A stretch of 64,000 bases of DNA, from NCBI GenBank assembly GCA_964016885.1, contig OZ024744.1, positions 19,530,001-19,594,000 on the forward strand, given 5' to 3'. Below are positions 42,501-57,500 of this stretch, piece after piece; the stretch's first letter is position 1, and each line of letters starts with the position of its first letter. The notes beneath the pieces are model-generated. The model was given only the letters and a program-made list of their open reading frames with translations, ran no database searches and was not told the origin of the DNA. The position numbers were made by a program, and so were the translations under genes. This DNA comes from Eledone cirrhosa. Taxonomy: Eukaryota.

Positions 42501-45500
42501 TTTTTTGAAACGGTGCGCTCGTTTGAAATTAGAAATTAGAAATTATAAGCTTTCACCGGATTTTAGACTAAAGAAATGTATAGCTTGATAGTGGGGTTTA
42601 TAACCCAAGGAGAAATGGAAAAAGATGAGTGTTGCCATACCTGGGAGTCGAACCTACATATATTGTTATCCAGACCATTGTGCTACCATTACACCAATAC
42701 ACATCCCATCTCCTTCCATTCGAATTAGAAGCTATGAACTTAGCAAGTGAATGATAAACATACAAATTATAAACGTAAACATGTAAGCATGTATTTGAAA
42801 CGGTGCGCTCGTTTGAAATTAGAAATTAGAAATTATAAGCTTTCACCGTATTTTAGAATAAAGAAATGTATAGCTTGATAGTGGGGTTTATAACCCTCGG
42901 AGAAATGGAAAAAAGATGAGTGTTGCCATACATGGGAGTCGAACCCACATATTTGGTTATCCAGACCACTGTGCTACCATTACACCAATACACGTCCCAT
43001 CTCCTTCCATTCGAATTAGAAGCTATGAACTTAGCAAGTGAATGATAAACAAGCAAATTATAAACGCAAACATGTAAGTATGTGTTTGAAACGGTGCGCG
43101 AGTTTGAAATTAGAAATTAGAAATTATAACTTTCACAGTATTTTAGACTAAAGAAATTTATAGCTTGATAGTGGGGATTATAACCCTCGGAGAAATGGAA
43201 AAAGATGAGTGTTGCCATACATGGGAGTCGAACCCACATCTTTGGCTATCCAGACCACTGTCCTACCATTAGACCAATACACATCCCATCTCCTTCCATT
43301 CGAATTAGAAGCTATGAACTTAGCAAGTGAATGATAAACTAGCAAATTATAAACGTAAACATGTAAGTATGTTTTTGAAACGGTGCGCTCGTTTGAAATT
43401 AGAAATTAGAAATTATAAGCTGTCACCGTATGTTAGACTAAAGATATTTATAGCTTGATAGTGGGGATTATAATCCTCGGAGAAATGGAAAAAGATGAGT
43501 GTTGCCATACCTGGGAGTCGAACACACATCTTTGGTTATCCAGACCACTGTGCTACCATTACACGAATACACATCCCATCTCCTTCCATTCGAATTAGAA
43601 GCTATGAACTTAGCAAGTGAATGATAAACAAGCAAATTATAAACGTAAACATGTTAGTATCTTTTTGAAACGGTGCTCGAGTTTGAAATTAGAAATTAGA
43701 AATTATAAGCTTTCACCTTATTTTAGACTAAAGAAATGTATAGCTTGATAGTGGGGTTTATAACCCTAGGAGAAATGGAAAAAGATGAGTGTTGCCATAC
43801 CTGGGAGTCGAACCCACATCTCTGGTTATCCAGACCACTGTCCTACCATTAGAGCAATACACATCCCATCTCCTTCCATTCGAATTAGAAGCTATGAACT
43901 TAGCAAGTGAATGATAAACAAGCAAATTATAAACGTAAACATGTAAGTATGTTTTTGAAACGGTGCGCTCGTTTGAAATTAGAAATTAGAAATTAGAAGC
44001 TTTCACCGGATTTTAGACTAAAGAAATGTATAGCTTGATAGTGGGGTTTATGACCCAAGGAGAAATGGAAAAAGATGAGTGTTGCCATACCTGGGAGTCG
44101 AACCCACATATTTTGTTATCCAGACCATTGTGCTACCATTACACCAATACACATCCCATCTCCTTCCATTCGAATTAGAAGCTATGAACTTAGCAAGTGA
44201 ATGATAAACAAACAAATTATAAACGTAAACATGTAAGCATGTATTTGAAACGGTGCGCTCGTTTGAAATTAGAAATTAGAAATTATAAGCTTTCACCGTA
44301 TTTTAGAATAAAGAAATGTATAGCTTGATAGTGGGGTTTATAACCCTCGGAGAAATGGAAAAAAGATGAGGTTGCCATACATGGGAGTCGAACCCACATA
44401 TTTGGTTATCCAGACCACTGTGCTACCATTACACCAATACACGTCCCATCTCCTTCCATTCGAATTAGAAGCTATGAACTTAGCAAGTGAATGATAAACA
44501 AGCAAATTATAAACGCAAACATGTAAGTATGTGTTTGAAACGGTGCGCGAGTTTGAAATTAGAAATTAGAAATTATAACTTTCACAGTATTTTAGACTAA
44601 AGAAATTTATAGCTTGATAGTGGGGATTATAACCCTCGGAGAAATGGAAAAAGATGAGTGTTGCCATACATGGGAGTCGAACCCACATCTTTGGTTATCC
44701 AGACCACTGTCCTACCATTAGACCAATACACATCCCATCTCCTTCCATTCGAATTAGAAGCTATGAACTTAGCAAGTGAATGATAAACAAGCAAATTATA
44801 AACGTAAACATGTAAGTATGTATTTGAAACGGTGCGCTCGTTTGAAATTAGAAATTATAAATTATAAGCTTTCACCGTATTTTAGAATAAAGAAATTTAT
44901 AGCTTGATAGTGGGGTTTATAACCCTCGGAGACATGGAAAAAGATGAGTGTTGCCATACCTGGGAGTCGAACCCACATCTCTGGTTATCCAGACCACTGT
45001 CCTACCATTAGACCAATACACATCCCATCTCCTTCTATTCGAATTAGAAGCTATAAACTTAGCAAGTGAATGATAAACAAGCAAATTATAAACGTAAACA
45101 TGTAATTATTTTTTTGAAACGGTGCGCTCGTTTGAAATTAGAAATTAGAAATTATAAGCTTTCACCGGATTTTAGACTAAAGAAATGTATAGCTTGATAG
45201 TGGGGTTTATAACCCAAGGAGAAATGGAAAAAGATGAGTGTTGCCATACCTGGGAGTCGAACCTACATATATTGTTATCCAGACCATTGTGCTACCATTA
45301 CACCAATACACATCCCATCTCCTTCCATTCGAATTAGAAGCTATGAACTTAGCAAGTGAATGATAAACATACAAATTATAAACGTAAACATGTAAGCATG
45401 TATTTGAAACGGTGCGCTCGTTTGAAATTAGAAATTAGAAATTATAAGCTTTCACCGTATTTTAGAATAAAGAAATGTATAGCTTGATAGTGGGGTTTAT

Positions 45501-48500
45501 AACCCTCGGAGAAATGGAAAAAAGATGAGTGTTGCCATACATGGGAGTCGAACCCACATATTTGGTTATCCAGACCACTGTGCTACCATTACACCAATAC
45601 ACGTCCCATCTCCTTCCATTCGAATTAGAAGCTATGAACTTAGCAAGTGAATGATAAACAAGCAAATTATAAACGCAAACATGTAAGTATGTGTTTGAAA
45701 CGGTGCGCGAGTTTGAAATTAGAAATTAGAAATTATAACTTTCACAGTATTTTAGACTAAAGAAATTTATAGCTTGATAGTGGGGATTATAACCCTCGGA
45801 GAAATGGAAAAAGATGAGTGTTGCCATACATGGGAGTCGAACCCACATCTTTGGCTATCCAGACCACTGTCCTACCATTAGACCAATACACATCCCATCT
45901 CCTTCCATTCGAATTAGAAGCTATGAACTTAGCAAGTGAATGATAAACTAGCAAATTATAAACGTAAACATGTAAGTATGTTTTTGAAACGGTGCGCTCG
46001 TTTGAAATTAGAAATTAGAAATTATAAGCTGTCACCGTATGTTAGACTAAAGATATTTATAGCTTGATAGTGGGGATTATAATCCTCGGAGAAATGGAAA
46101 AAGATGAGTGTTGCCATACCTGGGAGTCGAACACACATCTTTGGTTATCCAGACCACTGTGCTACCATTACACGAATACACATCCCATCTCCTTCCATTC
46201 GAATTAGAAGCTATGAACTTAGCAAGTGAATGATAAACGAGCAAATTATAAACGTAAACATGTTAGTATCTTTTTGAAACGGTGCTCGAGTTTGAAATTA
46301 GAAATTAGAAATTATAAGCTTTCACCTTATTTTAGACTAAAGAAATGTATAGCTTGATAGTGGGGTTTATAACCCTAGGAGAAATGGAAAAAGATGAGTG
46401 TTGCCATACCTGGGAGTCGAACCCACATCTCTGGTTATCCAGACCACTGTCCTACCATTAGAGCAATACACATCCCATCTCCTTCCATTCGAATTAGAAG
46501 CTATGAACTTAGCAAGTGAATGATAAACAAGCAAATTATAAACGTAAACATGTAAGTATGTTTTTGAAACGGTGCGCTCGTTTGAAATTAGAAATTAGAA
46601 ATTAGAAGCTTTCACCGGATTTTAGACTAAAGAAATGTATAGCTTGATAGTGGGGTTTATGACCCAAGGAGAAATGGAAAAAGATGAGTGTTGCCATACC
46701 TGGGAGTCGAACCCACATATTTTGTTATCCAGACCATTGTGCTACCATTACACCAATACACATCCCATCTCCTTCCATTCGAATTAGAAGCTATGAACTT
46801 AGCAAGTGAATGATAAACAAACAAATTATAAACGTAAACATGTAAGCATGTATTTGAAACGGTGCGCTCGTTTGAAATTAGAAATTAGAAATTATAAGCT
46901 TTCACCGTATTTTAGAATAAAGAAATGTATAGCTTGATAGTGGGGTTTATAACCCTCGGAGAAATGGAAAAAAGATGAGGTTGCCATACATGGGAGTCGA
47001 ACCCACATATTTGGTTATCCAGACCACTGTGCTACCATTACACCAATACACGTCCCATCTCCTTCCATTCGAATTAGAAGCTATGAACTTAGCAAGTGAA
47101 TGATAAACAAGCAAATTATAAACGCAAACATGTAAGTATGTGTTTGAAACGGTGCGCGAGTTTGAAATTAGAAATTAGAAATTATAACTTTCACAGTATT
47201 TTAGACTAAAGAAATTTATAGCTTGATAGTGGGGATTATAACCCTCGGAGAAATGGAAAAAGATGAGTGTTGCCATACATGGGAGTCGAACCCACATCTT
47301 TGGCTATCCAGACCACTGTCCTACCATTAGACCAATACACATCCCATCTCCTTCCATTCGAATTAGAAGCTATGAACTTAGCAAGTGAATGATAAACTAG
47401 CAAATTATAAACGTAAACATGTAAGTATGTTTTTGAAACGGTGCGCTCGTTTGAAATTAGAAATTAGAAATTATAAGCTGTCACCGTATGTTAGACTAAA
47501 GATATTTATAGCTTGATAGTGGGGATTATAATCCTCGGAGAAATGGAAAAAGATGAGTGTTGCCATACCTGGGAGTCGAACACACATCTTTGGTTATCCA
47601 GACCACTGTGCTACCATTACACGAATACACATCCCATCTCCTTCCATTCGAATTAGAAGCTATGAACTGGGCAAGTGAATGATAGACAAGCAAATTATAA
47701 ACGTAAACATGTAAGTATCTTTTTGAAACGGTGCACGAGTTTGAAATTATAAGCTTTCACCGTATTTTAGACTAAAGAAATGTATAGCTTGATAGTGGGG
47801 TTTATAACCCTAGGAGAAATGGAAAAAGATGAGTGTTGCCATACCTGGGAGTCGAACCCACATCTTTGGTTATCCAGACCACTGTCCTACCATTAGACCA
47901 ATACACATCCCATCTCCTTCCATTCGAATTAGAAGCTATGAACTTAGCAAGTGAATGATAAACAAGCAAATTATAAACGTAAACATGTAAGTATGTTTTT
48001 GAAACGGTGCGCTCGTTTGAAATTAGAAATTAGAAATTATAAGCTTTCACCGTATGTTAGACTAAAGATATTTATAGCTTGATAGTTGGGTTTATAACCC
48101 TCGGAGAAATGAAAAAAGATGAGTGTTGCCATACATGGGAGTCGAACCCACATATTTGGTTATCCAGACCACTGTGCTACCATTACACTAATACACATCC
48201 CATCTCCTTCCATTCGAATTAGAAGCTATGAACTTAGCAAGTGAATGATAAACAAGCTAATTATAAACGTAAACATGTAAGTATGTGTTTGAAACGGTGC
48301 GCGAGTTTGAAATTAGAAATTAGAAATTATAAGCTTTCACCGTATTTTAGACTAAAGAAATTTATAGCTTGATAGTGGGGATTATAACCCTCGGAGAAAT
48401 GGAAAAAGATGAGTGTTGCCATACATGGGAGTCGAACCCACATCTTTGGTTATCCAGACCACTGTCCTACCATTAGACCAATACACATCCCATCTCCTTC

Positions 48501-51500
48501 CATTCGAATTAGAAGCTATGAACTTAGCAAGTGAATGATAAACAAGTAAATTATAAACGTAAACATGTGAGTATGTTTTTGAAACGGTGCGCTCGTTTGA
48601 AATTAGAAATTAGAAATTATAAGCTTTCACCGTATGTTAGACTAAAGATATTTATAGCTTGATAGTGGGGATTATAATCCTCGGAGAAATGGAAAAAGAT
48701 GAGTGTTGCCATACCTGGGAGTCGAACCCACATCTCTGGTTATCCAGACCACTGTCCTACCATTAGACCAATACACATCCCATCTCCTTCCATTCGAATT
48801 AGAAGCTATGAACTTAGCAAGTGAATGATAAACAAGCAAATTATAAACGTAAACATGTAAGTATGTTTTTGAAACGGTGCGCGAGTTTGAAATTAGAAAT
48901 TAGAAATTATAAGCTTTCACCGTATTTTAGACTAAAGAAATTTATAGCTTGATAGTGGGGATTATAACCCTCGCAGAAATGGAAAAAGATGAGTGTTGCC
49001 ATACATGAGAGTCGAACCCACATCTTTGGTTATCCAGACCACTGTCCTACCATTAGACCAATACACATCCCATCTCCTTCCATTCGAATTAGAAGCTATG
49101 AACTTAGCAAGTGAATGATAAACAAGCAAATTATAAACGTAAACATGTAAGTATGTATTTGAAACGGTGCGCTCGTTTGAAATTAGAAATTATAAATTAT
49201 AAGCTTTCACCGTATTTTAGAATAAAGAAATTTATAGCTTGATAGTGGGGTTTATAACCCTCGGAGACATGGAAAAAGATGAGTGTTGCCATACCTGGGA
49301 GTCGAACCCACATCTCTGGTTATCCAGACCACTGTCCTACCATTAGACCAATACACATCCCATCTCCTTCTATTCGAATTAGAAGCTATGAACTTAGCAA
49401 GTGAATGATAAACAAGCAAATTATAAACGTAAACATGTAAGTATGTTTTTGAAACGGTGCGCTCGTTTGAAATTAGAAATTAGAAATTATAAGCTTTCAC
49501 CGGATTTTAGACTAAAGAAATGTATAGCTTGATAGTGGGGTTTATAACCCAAGGAGAAATGGAAAAAGATGAGTGTTGCCATACCTGGGAGTCGAACCTA
49601 CATATATTGTTATCCAGACCATTGTGCTACCATTACACCAATACACATCCCATCTCCTTCCATTCGAATTAGAAGCTATGAACTTAGCAAGTGAATGATA
49701 AACAAACAAATTATAAACGTAAACATGTAAGCATGTATTTGAAACGGTGCGCTCGTTTGAAATTAGAAATTAGAAATTATAAGCTTTCACCGTATTTTAG
49801 AATAAAGAAACGTATAGCTTGATAGTGGGGTTTATAACCCTCGGAGAAATGGAAAAAAGATGAGTGTTGCCATACATGGGAGTCGAACCCACATATTTGG
49901 TTATCCAGACCACTGTGCTACCATTACACCAATACACGTCCCATCTCCTTCCATTCGAATTAGAAGCTATGAACTTAGCAAGTGAATGATAAACAAGCAA
50001 ATTATAAACGCAAACATGTAAGTATGTGTTTGAAACGGTGCGCGAGTTTGAAATTAGAAATTAGAAATTATAACTTTCACAGTATTTTAGACTAAAGAAA
50101 TTTATAGCTTGATAGTGGGGATTATAACCCTCGGAGAAATGGAAAAAGATGAGTGTTGCCATACATGGGAGTCGAACCCACATCTTTGGCTATCCAGACC
50201 ACTGTCCTACCATTAGACCAATACACATCCCATCTCCTTCCATTCGAATTAGAAGCTATGAACTTAGCAAGTGAATGATAAACTAGCAAATTATAAACGT
50301 AAACATGTAAGTATGTTTTTGAAACGGTGCGCTCGTTTGAAATTAGAAATTAGAAATTATAAGCTGTCACCGTATGTTAGACTAAAGATATTTATAGCTT
50401 GATAGTGGGGATTATAATCCTCGGAGAAATGGAAAAAGATGAGTGTTGCCATACCTGGGAGTCGAACACACATCTTTGGTTATCCAGACCACTGTGCTAC
50501 CATTACACGAATACACATCCCATCTCCTTCCATTCGAATTAGAAGCTATGAACTTAGCAAGTGAATGATAAACGAGCAAATTATAAACGTAAACATGTTA
50601 GTATGTTTTTGAAACGGTGCTCGAGTTTGAAATTAGAAATTAGAAATTATAAGCTTTCACCTTATTTTAGACTAAAGAAATGTATAGCTTGATAGTGGGG
50701 TTTATAACCCTAGGAGAAATGGAAAAAGATGAGTGTTGCCATACCTGGGAGTCGAACCCACATCTCTGGTTATCCAGACCACTGTCCTACCATTAGAGCA
50801 ATACACATCCCATCTCCTTCCATTCGAATTAGAAGCTATGAACTTAGCAAGTGAATGATAAACAAGCAAATTATAAACGTAAACATGTAAGTATGTTTTT
50901 GAAACGGTGCGCTCGTTTGAAATTAGAAATTAGAAATTATAAGCTTTCACCGGATTTTAGACTAAAGAAATGTATAGCTTGATAGTGGGGTTTATAACCC
51001 AAGGAGAAATGGAAAAAGATGAGTGTTGCCATACCTGGGAGTCGAAACACATATTTTGTTATCCAGACCATTGTGCTACCATTACACCAATACACATCCC
51101 ATCTCCTTCCATTCGAATTAGAAGCTATGAACTTAGCAAGTGAATGATAAACAAACAAATTATAAACGTAAACATGTAAGCATGTATTTGAAACGGTGCG
51201 CTCGTTTGAAATTAGAAATTAGAAATTATAAGCTTTCACCGTATTTTAGAATAAAGAAATGTATAGCTTGATAGTGGGTTTATAACCCTCGGAGAAATGG
51301 AAAAAAGATGAGTGTTGCCATACATGGGAGTCGAACCCACATATTTGGTTATCCAGACCACTGTGCTACCATTACACCAATACACGTCCCATCTCCTTCC
51401 ATTCGAATTAGAAGCTATGAACTTAGCAAGTGAATGATAAACAAGCAAATTATAAACGCAAACATGTAAGTATGTGTTTGAAACGGTGCGCGAGTTTGAA

Positions 51501-54500
51501 ATTAGAAATTAGAAATTATAACTTTCACAGTATTTTAGACTAAAGAAATTTATAGCTTGATAGTGGGGATTATAACCCTCGGAGAAATGGAAAAAGATGA
51601 GTGTTGCCATACATGGGAGTCGAACCCACATCTTTGGCTATCCAGACCACTGTCCTACCATTAGACCAATACACATCCCATCTCCTTCCATTCGAATTAG
51701 AAGCTATGAACTTAGCAAGTGAATGATAAACTAGCAAATTATAAACGTAAACATGTAAGTATGTTTTTGAAACGGTGCGCTCGTTTGAAATTAGAAATTA
51801 GAAATTATAAGCTGTCACCGTATGTTAGACTAAAGATATTTATAGCTTGATAGTGGGGATTATAATCCTCGGAGAAATGGAAAAAGATGAGTGTTGCCAT
51901 ACCTGGGAGTCGAACACACATCTTTGGTTATCCAGACCACTGTGCTACCATTACACGAATACACATCCCATCTCCTTCCATTCGAATTAGAAGCTATGAA
52001 CTTAGCAAGTGAATGATAAACAAACAAATTATAAACGTAAACATGTAAGTATGTATTTGAAACGGTGCGCTCGTTTGAAATTAGAAATTAGAAATTATAA
52101 GCTTTCACCGTATTTTAGAATAAAGAAATTTATAGCTTGATAGTGGGGTTTATAACCCTCGGAGAAATGGAAAAAAGATGAGTGTTGCCATACATGGGAG
52201 TCGAACCCACATATTTGGTTATCCAGACCACTGTGCTACCATTACACCAATACACGTCCCATCTCCTTCCATTCGAATTAGAAGCTATGAACTTAGCAAG
52301 TGAATGATAAACAAGCACATTATAAACGTAAACATGTAAGTATGTTTTTGAAACGGTGCGCTCGTTTGAAATTAGAAATTAGAAATTATAAGCTTTCACC
52401 GGATTTTAGACTAAAGAAATGTATAGCTTGATAGTGGGGTTTATAACCCAAGGAGAAATAGAAAAATATGAGTGTTGCCATACCTGGGAGTCGAACCCAC
52501 ATATTTTGTTATCCAGACCATTGTGCTACCATTACACCAATACACATCCCATCTGCTTCCATTCGAATTAGAAGCTATGAACTTAGCAAGTGAATGATAA
52601 ACAAGCAAATCATAAACGTAAACATGTAAGTATGTATTTGAAACGGTGCGCGAGTTTGAAATTAAAAATTAGAAATTATAAGCTCTCACCGTATTTTAGA
52701 ATAAAGAAATTTATAGCTTGATAGTGGGGTTTATAACCCTCGGAGAAATGGAAAAAAGATGAGTGTTGCCATACATGGGAGTCACACCCACATATTTGGT
52801 TATCCAGACCACTGTGCTACCATTACACCAATACACATCCCATCTTCTTCCATTCGAATTAGAAGCTATGAACTTAGCAAGTGAATGATAAACAAGCAAA
52901 TTATAAACGTAAACATGTAAGTATGTTTTTGAAACGGTGCGCGAGTTTGAAATTAGAAATTAGAAATTATAAGCTTTCACCGGATTTTAGACTAAAGAAA
53001 TGTATAGCTTGATAGTGGGGTTTATAACCCTAGGAGAAATGGAAAAAGATGAGTGTTGCCATACCTGGGAGTCGAACCCACATCTTTGGTTATCCAGACC
53101 ACTGTCCTACCATTAGACCAATACACATCCCATCTCCTTCCATTCGAATTAGAAGCTATGAACTTAGCAAGTGAATGATAAACAAACAAATTATAAACGT
53201 AAACATGTAAGTATGTATTTGAAACGGTGCGCTCGTTTGAAATTAGAAATTAGAAATTATAAGCTTTCACCGTATTTTAGAATAAAGAAATTTATAGCTT
53301 GATAGTGGGGTTTATAACCCTCGGAGAAATGGAAAAAAGATGAGTGTTGCCATACATGGGAGTTGAACCCATATATTTGGTTATCCAGACCACTGTGCTA
53401 CCATTACACCAATACACGTCCCATCTCCTTCCATTCGAATTAGAAGCTATGAACTTAGCAAGTGAATGATAAACAAGCAAATTATAAACGCAAACATGTA
53501 AGTATGTATTTGAAACGGTGCGCTCGTTTGAAATTAAAAATTAGAAATTATAAGTTCTCACCGTATTTTAGAATAAAGAAATTTATAGCTTGATAGTGGG
53601 GTTTATAACCCTCGGAGAAATGGAAAAAAGATGAGTGTTGCCATACATGGGAGTCGAACCCACATCTTTGGTTATCCAGACCACTGTGCTACCATTACAC
53701 CAATACACATCCCATCTCCTTCCATTCGAATTAGAAGCTATGAACTTAGCAAGTGAATGATAAACAAGCAAATTATAAACGTAAACATGTAAGTATGTTT
53801 TTGAAACGGTGCGCTCGTTTGAAACTAGAAATTAGAAATTATAAGCTTTCACCGTATTTTAGACTGAAGAAATTTATAGCGTGATAGTGGGGATTATAAC
53901 CCTCGGAGAAATGGAAAAAGATGAGTGTTGCCATACATGGGAGTCGAACCCACATATTTGGTTATCCAGACCACTGTGCTACCATTACACCAATACACAT
54001 CCCATCTCCTTCCATTCGAATTAGAAACTATGAACTTAGCAAGTGAATGATAAACAAGCACATTATAAACGTAAACATGTAAGTATGTTTTTGAAACGGT
54101 GCGCTCGTTTGAAACTAGAAATTAGAAATTATAAGCTTTCACCGTATTTTAGACTAAAGAAATTTATAGCTTGATAGTGGGGATTATAACCCTCGGAGAA
54201 ATTGAAAAAGATGAGTGTTGCCATACATGGGAGTCGAACCCACATATATTGTTATCCAGACCACTGTCCTACCATTAGACCAATACACATCCCATCTCCT
54301 TCCATTCGAATTTGAAGCTATGAACTGAGCAAGTGAATGATAGACAAGCAAATTATAAACGTAAACATGTAAGTATCTTTTTGAAACGGTGCACGAGTTT
54401 GAAATTATAAGCTTTCACCGTATTTTAGACTAAAGAAATGTATAGCTTGATAGTGGGGTTTATAACCCTAGGATAAATGGAAAAAGATGAGTGTTGCCAT

Positions 54501-57500
54501 ACCTGGGAGTCGAACCCACATCTTTGGTTATCCAGACCACTGTCCTACCATTAGACCAATACACATCCTATCTCCTTCCATTCGAATTAGAAGCTATGAA
54601 CTTAGCAAGTGAATGATAAACAAGCAAATTATAAACGTAAACATGTAAGTATGTTTTTGAAACGGTGCGCTCGTTTGAAATTAGAAATTAGAAATTATAA
54701 GCTTTCACCGTATGTTAGACTAAAGATATTTATAGCTTGATAGTTGGGTTTATAACCCTCGGAGAAATGGAAAAAGATGAGTGTTGCCATACATGGGAGT
54801 CGAACCCACATATTTGGTTATCCAGACCACTGTGCTACCATTACACTAATACACATCCCATCTCCTTCCATTCGAATTAGAAGCTATGAACTTAGCAAGT
54901 GAATGATAAACAAGCTAATTATAAACGTAAACATGTAAGTATGTGTTTGAAACGGTGCGCTCGTTTGAAATTAGAAATTAGAAATTATAAGCTTTCACCG
55001 TATTTTAGACTAAAGAAATTTATAGCTTGATAGTGGGGATTATAACCCTCGGAGAAATGGAAAAAGATGAGTGTTGCCATACATGGGAGTCGAACCCACA
55101 TCTTTGGTTATCCAGACCACTGTCCTACCATTAGACCAATACATATCCCATCTCCTTCCATTCGAATTAGAAGCTATGAACTTAGCAAGTGAATGATAAA
55201 CAAGTAAATTATAAACGTAAACATGTGAGTATGTTTTTGAAACGGTGCGCTCGTTTGAAATTAGAAATTAGAAATTATAAGCTTTCACCGTATGTTAGAC
55301 TAAAGATATTTATAGCTTGATAGTGGGGATTATAATCCTCGGAGAAATGGAAAAAGATGAGTGTTGCCATACCTGGGAGTCGAACCCACATCTCTGGTTA
55401 TCCAGACCACTGTCCTACCATTAGACCAATACACATCCCATCTCCTTCCATTCGAATTAGAAGCTATGAACTTAGCAAGTGAATGATAAACAAGCAAATT
55501 ATAAACGTAAACATGTAAGTATGTTTTTGAAACGGTGCGCTCGTTTGAAATTAGAAATTAGAAATTATAAGCTTTCACCGTATTTTAGACTAAAGAAATG
55601 TATAGCTTGATAGTGGGGTTTATAACCCAAGGAGAAATGGAAAAAGATGAGTGTTGCCATACCTGGGAGTCGAACCCACATATTTTGTTATCCAGACCAT
55701 TGTGCTACCATTACACCAATCCACATCCCATCTCCTTCCATTCGAATTAGAAGCTATGAACTTAGCAAGTGAATGATAAACAAACAAATTATAAACGTAA
55801 ACATGTAAGTATGTATTTGAAACGGTGCGCTCGTTTGAAATTAGAAATTATAAATTATAAGCTTTCACCGTATTTTAGAATAAATAAATTTATAGCTTGA
55901 TAGTGGGGTTTATAACCCTCGGAGAAATGGAAAAAATATGAGTGTTGCCATACATGGGAGTCGAACCCACATATTTGGTTATCCAGACCACTCTGCTACC
56001 ATTACACCAATACACGTCCCATCTCCTTCCATTCGAATTAGAAGCTATGAACTTAGCAAGTGAATGATAAACAAGCACATTATAAACGTAAACATGTAAG
56101 TATGATTTTGAAACGGTGCGCGAGTTTGAAATTAGAAATTAGAAATTATAAGCTTTCACCGTATTTTAGACTAAAGAAATTTATAGCTTGATAGTGGGGA
56201 TTATAACCCTCGGAGAAATGGAAAAAGATGAGTGTTGCCATACATGGGAGTCGAACCCACATCTTTGGTTATCCAGACCACTGTCCTACCATTAGACCAA
56301 TACACATCCCATCTCCTTCCATTCGAATTAGAAGCTATGAACTTAGCAAGTGAATGATAAACAAGCAAATTATAAACGTAAACATGTAAGTATGTATTTG
56401 AAACGGTGCGCTCGTTTGAAATTAGAAATTATAAATTATAAGCTTTCACCGTATTTTAGAATAAAGAAATTTATAGCTTGATAGTGGGGTTTATAACCCT
56501 CGGAGAAATGGAAAAAGATGAGTGTTGCCATACCTGGGAGTCGAACCCACATCTCTGGTTATCCAGACCACTGTCCTACAATTAGACCAATACACATCCC
56601 ATCTCCTTCTATTCGAATTAGAAGCTATGAACTTAGCAAGTGAATGATAAACAAGCAAATTATAAACGTAAACATGTAAGTATGTTTTTGAAACGGTGCG
56701 CTCGTTTGAAATTAGAAATTAGAAATTATAAGCTTTCACCGGATTTTAGACTAAAGAAATGTATAGCTTGATAGTGGGGTTTATAACCCAAGGAGAAATG
56801 GAAAAAGATGAGTGTTGCCATACCTGGGAGTCGAACCCACATATTTTGTTATCCAGACCATTGTGCTACCATTACACCAATACACATCCCATCTCCTTCC
56901 ATTCGAATTAGAAGCTATGAACTTAGCAAGTGAATGATAAACAAACAAATTATAAACGTAAACATGTAAGTATGTATTTGAAACGGTGCGCTCGTTTGAA
57001 ATTATAAATTATAAATTATAAGCTTTCACCGTATTTTAGAATAAAGAAATTTATAGCTTGATAGTGGGGTTTATAACCCTCGGAGAAATGGAAAAAATAT
57101 GAGTGTTGCCATACATGGGAGTCGAACCCACATATTTGGTTATCCAGACCACTGTGCTACCATTACACCAATACACGTCCCATCTCCTTCCATTCGAATT
57201 AGAAGCTATGAACTTAGCAAGTGAATGATAAACAAGCACATTATAAACGTAAACATGTAAGTATGTTTTTGAAACGGTGCGCTCGTTTGAAATTAGAAAT
57301 TAGAAATTATAAGCTTTCACCGGATTTTAGACTAAAGAAATGTATAGCTTGATAGTGGGGTTTATAACCCAAGGAGAAATGGAAAAAGATGAGTGTTGCC
57401 ATACCTGGGAGTCGAACCTACATATATTGTTATCCAGACCATTGTGCTACCATTACACCAATACACATCCCATCTCCTTCCATTCGAATTAGAAGCTATG

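Noticed and set aside
50937-51448. Distinct 73-aa and 70-aa ORFs
   Set aside because: They are produced by isolated single-base deletions (near 51047 and 51277) in adjacent monomers, which are either private mutations or consensus errors.
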